This document shows, one piece after another, positions 8,501 to 16,840 of a stretch of DNA of 64,000 nucleotides (position 1 is the first letter of the stretch; each line of letters opens with the position of its first letter). Under the pieces are notes generated by a model that worked only from the letters and a program-made list of their open reading frames with translations, did no database searches and was not told where the DNA came from. The stretch is taken from IMG/VR virus record IMGVR_UViG_3300038441_001119, positions 148,353-212,352 of that record. One strand, written 5' to 3'. The translations under genes were made by a program, and so were the position numbers.

Positions 8501-9851
8501 CTTCTTTTACAGAATCTTTAAGGTGGTGCTGCCAGTACCACTTGAAAGCCGCCTGAATACATTCGTTCTCCCAATTGGCGGCAGGCTGATCCTTCGAACT
8601 TTCGACCATAGCATCAATCTCGGCTTGAGGCAAACCATTCATGATACGATTGGCGAGGGAGGTGCGTCCTTCCTTGCTCAAATAGGGAACTTCCACCTTA
8701 CGATCCACGCGTCCCGGTCTGAGCAGCGCCGGGTCCAGTTTCTCGATGTGATTGGTTGTCATGATGACCATACCCAACAGTGGGTCGACACCTGACAGCA
8801 TGTTCAGCAGCGTTTCGAACGACAGCTTGGGACCATCGTGTTTCACTTGGTTTTCACGTCCAACAAAGATGGCATCAATGTCTTCCAGAAGGATGATCTT
8901 CGGTTCCCCCGCAGTCACCTTCTTATATAGTTTCTCCACGTCCGCATCACAGAAGGTAGCCAAGTGAACCTTCAGGATCGGAATACCGTACTCTTCGGCG
9001 AGCACGCGTACAAGGGCGCTCTTACCGGTACCGGGGGCACCATAGAGCATCAAACCACGTTTGCAGGGGATACCTCGTTCACGCATCCATGTCTTTGCTT
9101 TGATGAAGGTTTCAAATTCATCACGAAGGACCTGCATGCTTGGGTCCAGATAGTACCGGGAGAATGGCTTGATCTTCTTGGAAGTACCGAACTCATCAAC
9201 CACACGGTTATACATTGGGTATACGTCCACAGCCCGTTTACCGGCTCCACGAACAATTCTGAGAACCGAGTCCATGGAACCTGCTCCGGGAGAGTCGTGG
9301 GCCATTTTAGCTCCGCCTCCACCATGGGGAGCTGGGTCGGCATTACCGAACATACTGTCCACCGCATTCTTGTTGTTGGTAGTGATGGAGCCGTAGACGT
9401 TCTCCACGTAGAAGTTATCAGACCTTAGGGAGGCCAGACTCTCATTCTCGTGCCCATACCAGCTTTGTCCTGCCTTTTCGATCAGCTTTTTGCCATTCAC
9501 CCAGCCACGTATGTAAGTGAGCGTACCTTGACTCTCACTTTCCACAGTCCAGATTACCAGCTTGCCTTTCAACCAGAAGATAGCAGGCTTTGTATCCACT
9601 TCGATCATGACCGGGGCTAGGTCATTGATCTCTCGGTGTCGTTCAAAGACGCCTACAAATTGAGTGGGACCAAACTTGATATGCTTCCACTCTTTCCATA
9701 GTTGGCAGTGTAAGTGAGAAGCAGGTCTCCCTGTGATCTTCACCCTTACCACCAGAATTGTACTAAGGCGCAACAAGAAGGACTTGATCTGCCCATACAG
9801 CATGATGATAGGAGCCAGCCATGCCAGTCCTGCGATATTGCTTAAATTCAT
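8466..9851 (-). CDS. BCS1-like AAA+ ATPase with N-terminal hydrophobic anchor
   Basis: Walker A GLMLYGAPGTGKS, Walker B ILLEDID, SRH MTTNHIEKLDPALLRPGRVD; hydrophobic N-terminus LAWLAPIIMLY. Confidence 0.85.
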   Translation of the reverse strand: MNLSNIAGLAWLAPIIMLYGQIKSFLLRLSTILVVRVKITGRPASHLHCQLWKEWKHIKFGPTQFVGVFERHREINDLAPVMIEVDTKPAIFWLKGKLVIWTVESESQGTLTYIRGWVNGKKLIEKAGQSWYGHENESLASLRSDNFYVENVYGSITTNNKNAVDSMFGNADPAPHGGGGAKMAHDSPGAGSMDSVLRIVRGAGKRAVDVYPMYNRVVDEFGTSKKIKPFSRYYLDPSMQVLRDEFETFIKAKTWMRERGIPCKRGLMLYGAPGTGKSALVRVLAEEYGIPILKVHLATFCDADVEKLYKKVTAGEPKIILLEDIDAIFVGRENQVKHDGPKLSFETLLNMLSGVDPLLGMVIMTTNHIEKLDPALLRPGRVDRKVEVPYLSKEGRTSLANRIMNGLPQAEIDAMVESSKDQPAANWENECIQAAFKWYWQHHLKDSVKEDEQGERNATVE

Positions 9852-10666
9852 ACGATAAGGTTAAGGGTCTTTGCGAAAAACTTGATGTCGACATCTGGGT
9901 CGATTCCTTCAAGCCCAGTTTCAAGGGACCATGGTTTGCCATAGTGCGTTAGGAACAGATCGGTCTTCAACTTCTTATTGCGCCAATGTTTGGTCAGCTC
10001 AGAGAAGTGACAGTGGTTACCTCCCACCACTTTACCGTGATTCTTGGCATCATGTATGACGATGTCAGATTGCTCACACAGGTCATGAGGCTCCATACAG
10101 TCGGACGTGAAAAGAACACGGTTACCGTTGTCACTGACGAACCAGAGACCATAGTTGGACTTGAACTGGTCATCGTACATGCTGCCCGCTTGCTGCTTGA
10201 AGAGAGGCATGTGCCGTGAGAACTGATACTGGAACCGAATACCTTGCCAGACGAATGACTTGTAGTTGGGCATAGCATCGCGATCAAAGTAATCGTCAAC
10301 AGTGATACCCCTTCCATCGTAGAACGCTTCCAGACCATGCATCAGTGCGGTGTCCAGTTCGTCCATAACGTCAGGGTGTCCGAACAACTTGGGACGTATC
10401 CTCTTTCCGTTCTCGTCAGTCTTGGGGATGTAGTACCTCGAATGGGCCAGCATCTCCAGACCTCCCATATGGTCACCGTGAATGTGGGAGATATAGACGG
10501 CATCAATATCCGTGAAGGGAATCTTGAACTCGTCCCTAAGGATGTAGGGAGTCGTGGTACCGCAGTCGAAAAGTAGTTTCTTGTTGTTGTGTTCAATAAG
10601 GAAGGAAGAGTTGCCTTCGTCCATAGTCGCGAAGGCTCCACCGTTTCCGAGGGAAGTGATTTTCAT
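9848..10666 (-). CDS. metallo-beta-lactamase-fold hydrolase, Apyc1/RNase Z-like
   Basis: LGNGGAF, LFDCG, HIHGDHMGGLE (HxHxDH), FTSD, IHD, THYG; start set at MKITSLG (10666). Confidence 0.8.
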   Translation of the reverse strand: MKITSLGNGGAFATMDEGNSSFLIEHNNKKLLFDCGTTTPYILRDEFKIPFTDIDAVYISHIHGDHMGGLEMLAHSRYYIPKTDENGKRIRPKLFGHPDVMDELDTALMHGLEAFYDGRGITVDDYFDRDAMPNYKSFVWQGIRFQYQFSRHMPLFKQQAGSMYDDQFKSNYGLWFVSDNGNRVLFTSDCMEPHDLCEQSDIVIHDAKNHGKVVGGNHCHFSELTKHWRNKKLKTDLFLTHYGKPWSLETGLEGIDPDVDIKFFAKTLNLIV

Positions 10667-10709
10667 GTATTGGGTGCTAGTGGTAGGTAAAAAGAGGGAA
10701 CGACGAAAT

Positions 10710-10748
10710 CCTAGCCCACTCGCCTCGTGAAAGGACAGGTGGGCTAGG
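10710..10748. other. intergenic stem-loop
   Basis: Perfect 10-bp inverted repeat CCTAGCCCAC / GTGGGCTAGG with a 19-nt loop. Confidence 0.5.
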
Positions 10749-10752
10749 ACGG

Positions 10753-11268
10753 TCATTTAAAGCTCGGATGGCACGCTATCACACGTACATTCCGAGACTT
10801 AAGGCATTCCGCCAAAGTTTCTATGAAGCTGACCATATGATCAAAGTCCGGTGGTGGGCCTAGAGGGTTAGCTAAGCCCTCTTTCCCTGCGCCTACACCC
10901 GGAATGGGTAAGGCAACCGTGTATTCGTTTTTAGCCAGCTCCCAAGGTGGTAGATGTTTCTGCACCAGCCGTGTCGCGTCGATAATGGCGGTTTCACACC
11001 ATTCAGCACACGTCTGCACTGAGTACAGATCCTTAACTATGAGGTCGCCTATTGCGAGGTTATCGAGGGTAAATACAGCAGGATAAATATAGGCGTTCCC
11101 CGCTTCCGGGTACTCTTTCGCTTCTATCTTCCTACGGTATAACTGGAAGTACAACGGGAACCGCTGCTTGAACTCCAGCGCCAATCCTTTACCCATAGCA
11201 CCAGCCCTGTTGGTGGTATTGAATATCAGATTGGCTCCACAATTGAAGAGGTCAGGAGCTTTTTCCAT
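10753..11268 (-). CDS. macrodomain protein, DarG-like ADP-ribosylhydrolase
   Basis: IFNTTNRAGAMGKGLALEFKQRFP and ALPIPGVGAG macrodomain motifs. Confidence 0.8.
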   Translation of the reverse strand: MEKAPDLFNCGANLIFNTTNRAGAMGKGLALEFKQRFPLYFQLYRRKIEAKEYPEAGNAYIYPAVFTLDNLAIGDLIVKDLYSVQTCAEWCETAIIDATRLVQKHLPPWELAKNEYTVALPIPGVGAGKEGLANPLGPPPDFDHMVSFIETLAECLKSRNVRVIACHPSFK

Positions 11269-11455
11269 CGAAGAATTCTCGTAGTTGTTTGACTACTTTA
11301 AATGCTGCAAATGGTTTGGCGAACCAGAAGGTGAAGGTGTAAGACATCAAGACACAGAACACGAAGTACCTCTGTCTCGCTGCTTCTTCTTTCACTTTTT
11401 CCAGTTCTCCTTTCAGCTGAGTAATCTCGGCTTCAAGTTCCAGCACCGACCTCAA
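11252..11455 (-). CDS. small coiled-coil plus hydrophobic-segment protein (67 aa)
   Basis: N-terminal heptads, then YFVFCVLMSYTFTFWFA; overlaps both neighbours as in an operon. Confidence 0.55.
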   Translation of the reverse strand: MRSVLELEAEITQLKGELEKVKEEAARQRYFVFCVLMSYTFTFWFAKPFAAFKVVKQLREFFDGKSS

Positions 11456-12740
11456 GGGTGTACCCTCCCGTCTTTTTGCTGAGGTCCCAGTTGCGTTCGA
11501 CGAACTTGATGAGTTTGTCAGGGGCGGTAGTGCGCTTGAAGACTATGTTTGGACCATGTTGCTCCAGCATCACCGCTTTGATGTCATCTTCGAAGGTTTC
11601 AAGACCATCACTCGTGTTTTGCCCACACTGGTGGGAACCGCATTCCACGTTGCGCTGTGACCTGACGGGGATCTTGTCCGGAGCGTCTGGTCTCATTGGT
11701 GAGTGGAAGTGCAGGATACAGTCGTAACCGGGATGATCCCTGAATACCATACGCTGACTTTGACCCCCTACGGACGGTTTGGCGCCGTAGGCAAGTACTG
11801 TATCAGGTCCGTCCGTCCTGACATAAACCATCCCGATCTCAGGCAGTTTATTGAAGTCAGACTTTCGGATTGAAGTGACGAATTCCGTATCGGACATCTT
11901 GAACGCGAAATGTCCTACGGTTGCTCCATTGAACGGCTTGTAGGCGTTACCGGCGATACAGTGCTCGACGGCTGCTTTCAGTGGAGCTGGGATACGTTCA
12001 TCCCAAGGGACCAAGTCGCTTGCGATCACTGTCGACTGGGTGAAGGTCAACTGTGATCTGTAGAACGACATGTCCACCAAGTTGGCAAGTACCTCGTCAC
12101 GGTTAGCCGTTTCGTGATACGCCGCTTCCTCTGGTGTTACAATCATGTTCCAATGCCTTGCAGCATCATTGACCAGCACAAGGTTGCAGGATGCTTCCTT
12201 GCACAGTCTCAGGCCAGCCTCGAACATCTCCTGATTGCTCTTGCCCACAGTGGTCTTGAATCCTACAAGGAAGATGTCTTTACGACCATTCCTGATAGAT
12301 TGAATGACTTTGTTGGCAGGAGCGAAACTGAGGTGAATGTGTGGGTTTTCCCGAGTTTCCAGACGACGGGTGTACTTGCCGAACTCCTTGATCATTTCCT
12401 TCTCCCCAGCGAGTTGCAAGGTGTCTGGAATCCAATCAAGAAGTGCACAAGAGAAGAACACGATCTTTGAATCGGCTCTGCTCTTGATCATGTCTACCCT
12501 TGCCTGAATGTCATTATTGGTTGCCAAGGTTTTGTAACCGCCATCGACCTGATACGTGAGGTGCGGTGCAAGTCCCATGTTTGGGAACTTTGCTTTGCAC
12601 AACTTGTACAATGCTTTGGCGGTAGTACCCTTGGCCTCCGCTTCGACTTTGAAGTGGTGCGCTACATCGAAACGTGTTCCTCCTCCAAAGATGTGGATGT
12701 ATTTTCGGTCAGTTTTTGAAGAGTCCTGTTTTTGGCTCAT
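11433..12740 (-). CDS. CoaB/DFP-like domain fused to class II aldolase/adducin-like domain
   Basis: N-half GGGT, KIVFFSCALLDW, FLVGFKTT, NLVLVND (PPC synthetase-like); C-half VGHFAFK, KPSVG, ILHFHSP (HxH Zn motif); start likely MSQKQD at 12740. Confidence 0.65.
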   Translation of the reverse strand: MSQKQDSSKTDRKYIHIFGGGTRFDVAHHFKVEAEAKGTTAKALYKLCKAKFPNMGLAPHLTYQVDGGYKTLATNNDIQARVDMIKSRADSKIVFFSCALLDWIPDTLQLAGEKEMIKEFGKYTRRLETRENPHIHLSFAPANKVIQSIRNGRKDIFLVGFKTTVGKSNQEMFEAGLRLCKEASCNLVLVNDAARHWNMIVTPEEAAYHETANRDEVLANLVDMSFYRSQLTFTQSTVIASDLVPWDERIPAPLKAAVEHCIAGNAYKPFNGATVGHFAFKMSDTEFVTSIRKSDFNKLPEIGMVYVRTDGPDTVLAYGAKPSVGGQSQRMVFRDHPGYDCILHFHSPMRPDAPDKIPVRSQRNVECGSHQCGQNTSDGLETFEDDIKAVMLEQHGPNIVFKRTTAPDKLIKFVERNWDLSKKTGGYTLEVGAGT

Positions 12741-13056
12741 TTCTTTCTGCGCTGAATGGTTGGAAGTATTTGCCTGTGTCGTACTCCCGGGCACGAGTGT
12801 TGAAGCCTCCCGTTGTAGTGATGACTTCCCAGTAGGTGACTGGAAACAACCTTCGACACATCTCCTGCCGAATCCGCGTCACTTCCTCCGTTGAGAGAAG
12901 TTTTTGCTTCTCTCCAAACACAATATCCATTTCCCGCTGCAGCAGCTGTTGGTCAGCTTCCGTAATGGGTACGTTTCTCCGTTCGTACGTGGTGTACGTT
13001 TTCGAACACGCAGACAGTGCTGCTGCGAGTACGAGCATGAATAGACATCTTTTCAT
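12709..13056 (-). CDS. predicted lipoprotein (115 aa)
   Basis: Signal peptide MKRCLFMLVLAAALSA-C with lipobox LSAC. Confidence 0.7.
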   Translation of the reverse strand: MKRCLFMLVLAAALSACSKTYTTYERRNVPITEADQQLLQREMDIVFGEKQKLLSTEEVTRIRQEMCRRLFPVTYWEVITTTGGFNTRAREYDTGKYFQPFSAERNEPKTGLFKN

Positions 13057-13241
13057 CGGTTGGTTGCGAGGGGTTGGTATTGTATTAACGAGGGGGCGGG
13101 GCCTGCAAATGTCGCTTTGACTTTCACAGGCTGTACCGGACTACACGATACGGACAGCCACATCAATACGGTGATCAATATGGCAAGTCCTAACGTGTTA
13201 ATCAGGCATACGGATTCGGGGTCTGGGTCTTTAAACATCAT
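13053..13241 (-). CDS. possible small lipoprotein/membrane protein (62 aa)
   Basis: Hydrophobic stretch LGLAILITVLMWL followed by SVSC. Confidence 0.5.
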   Translation of the reverse strand: MMFKDPDPESVCLINTLGLAILITVLMWLSVSCSPVQPVKVKATFAGPAPSLIQYQPLATNR

Positions 13242-14010
13242 TTCCTACATTGGCATATTCACTATGCCCTGTAGCTGCTTTACGACGCATTTCGTTGAAG
13301 TCGACAATAGCCCGTGCGGCGATAACAGCTTCAGGGATGAATCTGACAATCTTACGATCAGTCGAATTGCTGTCCATGAGGACGTAATCCGCTTTATTCG
13401 TAAGGGTCAGACGGCTAGCTTCGGGGAGGTTCTCCCAGTTGAAGATGATGCGTTGGGTTACGATTTCGAGTGCTCGCTCGTAACGACGATCATACTCGTC
13501 ATGGAAGTGCAGAAGATATGTCAGCAGGTGATAAAAATAAACAGCCTCCTTACCGCCGCAAGCGGTCAGGAATCCAATTGTGGAGAAATCGAGATCACAG
13601 GCACCTTCCCGGATAGTTTCGAGCTTTTCCTGGTCGGGGTATGTGCTCTCGTCGTAACAGATGACAGCTTCAAATACTGCCAGTTCTTCTGCGATTCGCT
13701 CTTCCTCAGACTCTGGCTCATCACGTAATTCCAGCGGTTCACCATCCAGAATCACAGAAGAGCCACCTGTTGCCACAGCGCCATGGACACTTGGAATCCA
13801 ATCATCAGCGCGGACACGTCCAGCTGGAGACTTGGGTTCTTCATGCGATACCGTGATGACAGGTTTTGTTTTGTTAACAAGAGAAACCACCGGCAGCGGA
13901 GCCACCGGTGGTTTACCTGAAACTTGTTCCTGTGACAGCTTTGCAGCTGCAACAGAAGAGGGAGAGGGAGAAGGAATAAATAACGCTTTTTTAGGTAATT
14001 GTTCGGACAT
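13231..14010 (-). CDS. hypothetical protein with Pro/Ser-rich N-terminus (259 aa)
   Basis: Long ORF in the operon; acidic helical C-terminal domain. Confidence 0.65.
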   Translation of the reverse strand: MSEQLPKKALFIPSPSPSSVAAAKLSQEQVSGKPPVAPLPVVSLVNKTKPVITVSHEEPKSPAGRVRADDWIPSVHGAVATGGSSVILDGEPLELRDEPESEEERIAEELAVFEAVICYDESTYPDQEKLETIREGACDLDFSTIGFLTACGGKEAVYFYHLLTYLLHFHDEYDRRYERALEIVTQRIIFNWENLPEASRLTLTNKADYVLMDSNSTDRKIVRFIPEAVIAARAIVDFNEMRRKAATGHSEYANVGNDV

Positions 14011-14932
14011 AGTGTGGCGACTGGTGTTGCAGACAACTGAGGGCGGCCTCGACTGTATCGAAGGTCGCCTGAGTTTTTGATTTGGACAAATGCCTCATAG
14101 ACTTGTGGTGTTTAAGATGAAAACCCTTAATCTGAAGCACGTACTGATCACGCCTGCTTTCCAGTAGAGAAGGTGAAATGACTGCTGACAGCGGCCTGTT
14201 CACCTGCTTTTCCGCCCACATAATGGACGAAATATTTATCACATCCGAAATAAGTATGCTGCCTCCGTGATCGTCTGTCTCGTAGGAAGTATACTTGGAG
14301 TTGCTAATCAGATTACCACGGATGGTTCGTATTGCTACTGACCAGATAGTGGCTCGGAGCGACGTATCGAGGAAGTCTTTGGCTTTCTCGAACGGCACAC
14401 CTACATCGGACATTGAGGCTATCACAGCCGATAGACTACAGTTCCGCCCTATTGGGTATTTACCGTAGTCCCACATGTCGATGGGAATGATGAATTTTTC
14501 ATTCACTTGTTCCGCAATGGATGTCAGGACCTGCCGATCATTAGCACAATCGAGCAAGTCTCGCTCCACACGTTCGTCGGTGAAGTCGAAGGGGATATCT
14601 TTGTTTCTCAGTTGGGTTTTTATTACACGGGAGACAACGGTGTCTCCCATAAAGTCCCACACAAGACCCGCTGAGGCCATGAGTGGACTATCTTCCGAAT
14701 TGTGCATCTTCGAGAACCCTTTTTGGTGGTGATCGAATCTGCGCAAGTTTCTGTTGTACTCTTGACCACAGTCGACCACGTAATCCGCAATACGAATTTG
14801 GTCAAGGTAGTCTGTATCCCTGTAGATTCTGGCACCGGGGTTTTCGATGAGGATGATCGCCACGGCTGTGAGATCATCTGCATGGTACGACCCTGAATGT
14901 GTCACAATCAGTGGACCGAGTTCAGTAGACAT
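13991..14932 (-). CDS. MYG1/UPF0160-like DHH-superfamily exonuclease
   Basis: THSGSYHADD, VVDCGQEYN, RFDHHQKGF, SAGLVW; start set at MSTELG (14932). Confidence 0.8.
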   Translation of the reverse strand: MSTELGPLIVTHSGSYHADDLTAVAIILIENPGARIYRDTDYLDQIRIADYVVDCGQEYNRNLRRFDHHQKGFSKMHNSEDSPLMASAGLVWDFMGDTVVSRVIKTQLRNKDIPFDFTDERVERDLLDCANDRQVLTSIAEQVNEKFIIPIDMWDYGKYPIGRNCSLSAVIASMSDVGVPFEKAKDFLDTSLRATIWSVAIRTIRGNLISNSKYTSYETDDHGGSILISDVINISSIMWAEKQVNRPLSAVISPSLLESRRDQYVLQIKGFHLKHHKSMRHLSKSKTQATFDTVEAALSCLQHQSPHYVRTIT

Positions 14933-15010
14933 GTTATGGCTGGTTGTACACGGATGGTTAGACACCGTGTTGGTTTATGTCAGAACCTCACTAAAAAATG
15001 AAGACTGACT

Positions 15011-15032
15011 GCCTAATGTCAGTGACATAGGC
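15011..15032. promoter_or_regulatory. near-perfect palindrome, possible operator
   Basis: GCCTAATGTCA-G-TGACATAGGC (one-base bulge) in the intergenic region upstream of the accessory operon. Confidence 0.4.
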
Positions 15033-15072
15033 GTTCACATGTATATAGCACTAGGGGGTCCCTTTTTGCCCC

Positions 15073-15663
15073 TTAAGCAAGCAACTGTTCTGCCTGTGCA
15101 ATGAACTCATCTGGTACGCCGACAGCCTTCAACTCAGCGAACAGTTCGGCTTTGATTCTAGCCTCGTCATCGTTGAGTTCAGGGTCTTCCAGAGTGTCAA
15201 TGGACTCCTTGTTCAGGATGTCCTTAATGAATTCCTCCATGGTAGGAGTGAATTCGGTTTCAGCATCATGGTTAAGCTGGACTTCCATGATGCCAAGAAG
15301 CATTTCGGGCACTGTAGGCTCGTCGAAAGCTCCGTTTACAATGTCTCCAAGGTCTCCGGAGGCGATTGCTATACAAATAGACGAGAACGCCATTGGATTC
15401 TCGAAAAATACCTCCGTAGCGGTCGCAAGGAGGATAGCGTTGAGCTTGTTTTCGACTTCCAGAGGGATTTTGACCGAAAAGTCCTCCTCTAGGTTCGCAA
15501 AAAGCTCCAACGGGTCCATTGGCTCATCGTCGTTAAGAGGATCGCCGTAAATAGCCTCTATTCCGTACTGTTTGAGTACGATAGCATGTAAAGTGGAGGC
15601 GAAGGACTCGGTGTTACCCAGTACTTCCCTCGCCGCGTCCTTATTAAGCTCCCAGTTATTCAT
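15073..15663 (-). CDS. acidic hypothetical protein (196 aa)
   Basis: ORF overlapping the end of 15656..16738; very D/E rich. Confidence 0.7.
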   Translation of the reverse strand: MNNWELNKDAAREVLGNTESFASTLHAIVLKQYGIEAIYGDPLNDDEPMDPLELFANLEEDFSVKIPLEVENKLNAILLATATEVFFENPMAFSSICIAIASGDLGDIVNGAFDEPTVPEMLLGIMEVQLNHDAETEFTPTMEEFIKDILNKESIDTLEDPELNDDEARIKAELFAELKAVGVPDEFIAQAEQLLA

Positions 15664-16738
15664 TTGCAGCCAGCGTTACCCGTACAATATCCTTACGAAT
15701 GTCTGCGTCAAGGCCATTTACGAGTGCGGTGGCTTCAAAAGCGTCGTTTTTGGTCGCTTCAAAGAATTCTTGGACTTTCCCAGAGTTAGGACCAGCAAAA
15801 ACATGGTCAATGGTCTTGGAAGCCACTTTTGTGAAGGCTTCTGCAGGGATAAGGACGTTCTCTTCGTGGAAATAGACCTGCGTGGAGGCATATTTCTCAA
15901 TGACTTCGTCTTCAGCACCTGCGTGGAGGCAGTCATAGGCCGATTGCAGTCTGTGTTCGATTGCAAAGGCATCTTTCACAAGGAAAGTCTCGTCCAGTTC
16001 TTCCCACATAGAGGTAAGTTCAAAGAGATACTCTTCATCAGCACCTGCAGCACTCTTAACGATGTCGTTGTAGAGTTCCAGAGTGTCAGCTTCGACGAAG
16101 TTGGAGCGAAGGCGTACCTGACGTTCAGCATTGCCTGCTTCGAAGATACGTGGAGTACCCATGGTAATCACATCTTGATGGATGTAGTTAAGGTTACCAT
16201 ACTCCTTGGCGGACTTGACGATCTCACGAGCGACGGAGATCGCGATGTCTGCTGGCATACTGTCTTTCTGAGAGAGGAATGCCTTGGCGGACTCTTCGAC
16301 TTGGAAATCGTTGTTCAGTGGAAAGTAACCAAGGGTGTTGCCGTTTTCGTCTTCCATTGAGAAGGCGTACTTAACAAGAGGCTTCTCTTGTGCAGCAGCC
16401 TGTTTAACAACTGCTTCGGCAAAGATATCCTCGACCTTCGTGTAGAAGTCAGACATACCGAAGTTGGCACATGCCTTCTTGATGCGCTGACCAACAACGA
16501 CGTCTCCTTCAGCTTTGCCAAGGAAGTCCATCGCGGAGTAAGCGGTCGTAGTCTGGTCGTAAACAGGATACTGACGATTCAGAGGATCAGCGAAACCTGT
16601 ATTCGAAATGGATGCCAGTTTGGTGATATCAGGCAGATTAGCCTCAGCGACATATGCTGGAAGCTCGCCCTTATCGGTCAGCGTGTCAATCACGTGGAAG
16701 ACAGCGGTAGGGTTATTGGAGTGCAAATAATCTGCCAT
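15656..16738 (-). CDS. K-x-A-motif-rich protein, probable prohead/inner-head component (360 aa)
   Basis: Eight hydrophobic-x-K-x-A motifs like those in the scaffold and protease; own sigma70-like promoter. Confidence 0.6.
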   Translation of the reverse strand: MADYLHSNNPTAVFHVIDTLTDKGELPAYVAEANLPDITKLASISNTGFADPLNRQYPVYDQTTTAYSAMDFLGKAEGDVVVGQRIKKACANFGMSDFYTKVEDIFAEAVVKQAAAQEKPLVKYAFSMEDENGNTLGYFPLNNDFQVEESAKAFLSQKDSMPADIAISVAREIVKSAKEYGNLNYIHQDVITMGTPRIFEAGNAERQVRLRSNFVEADTLELYNDIVKSAAGADEEYLFELTSMWEELDETFLVKDAFAIEHRLQSAYDCLHAGAEDEVIEKYASTQVYFHEENVLIPAEAFTKVASKTIDHVFAGPNSGKVQEFFEATKNDAFEATALVNGLDADIRKDIVRVTLAANE

Positions 16739-16749
16739 GACTTTCGCTT

Positions 16750-16778
16750 AGCTTACCATGCAAAGACCGTCAACTCAA
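16750..16778 (-). promoter_or_regulatory. sigma70-like promoter
   Basis: TTGAGT-N17-TAAGCT with TG extension, 11 nt before the ATG at 16738. Confidence 0.5.
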
Positions 16779-16840
16779 TAGTTTCTTTTGTTGTGTAGGA
16801 CAAAGTGTTATTATACATTTCCTTGATAAACAAGTAATTC

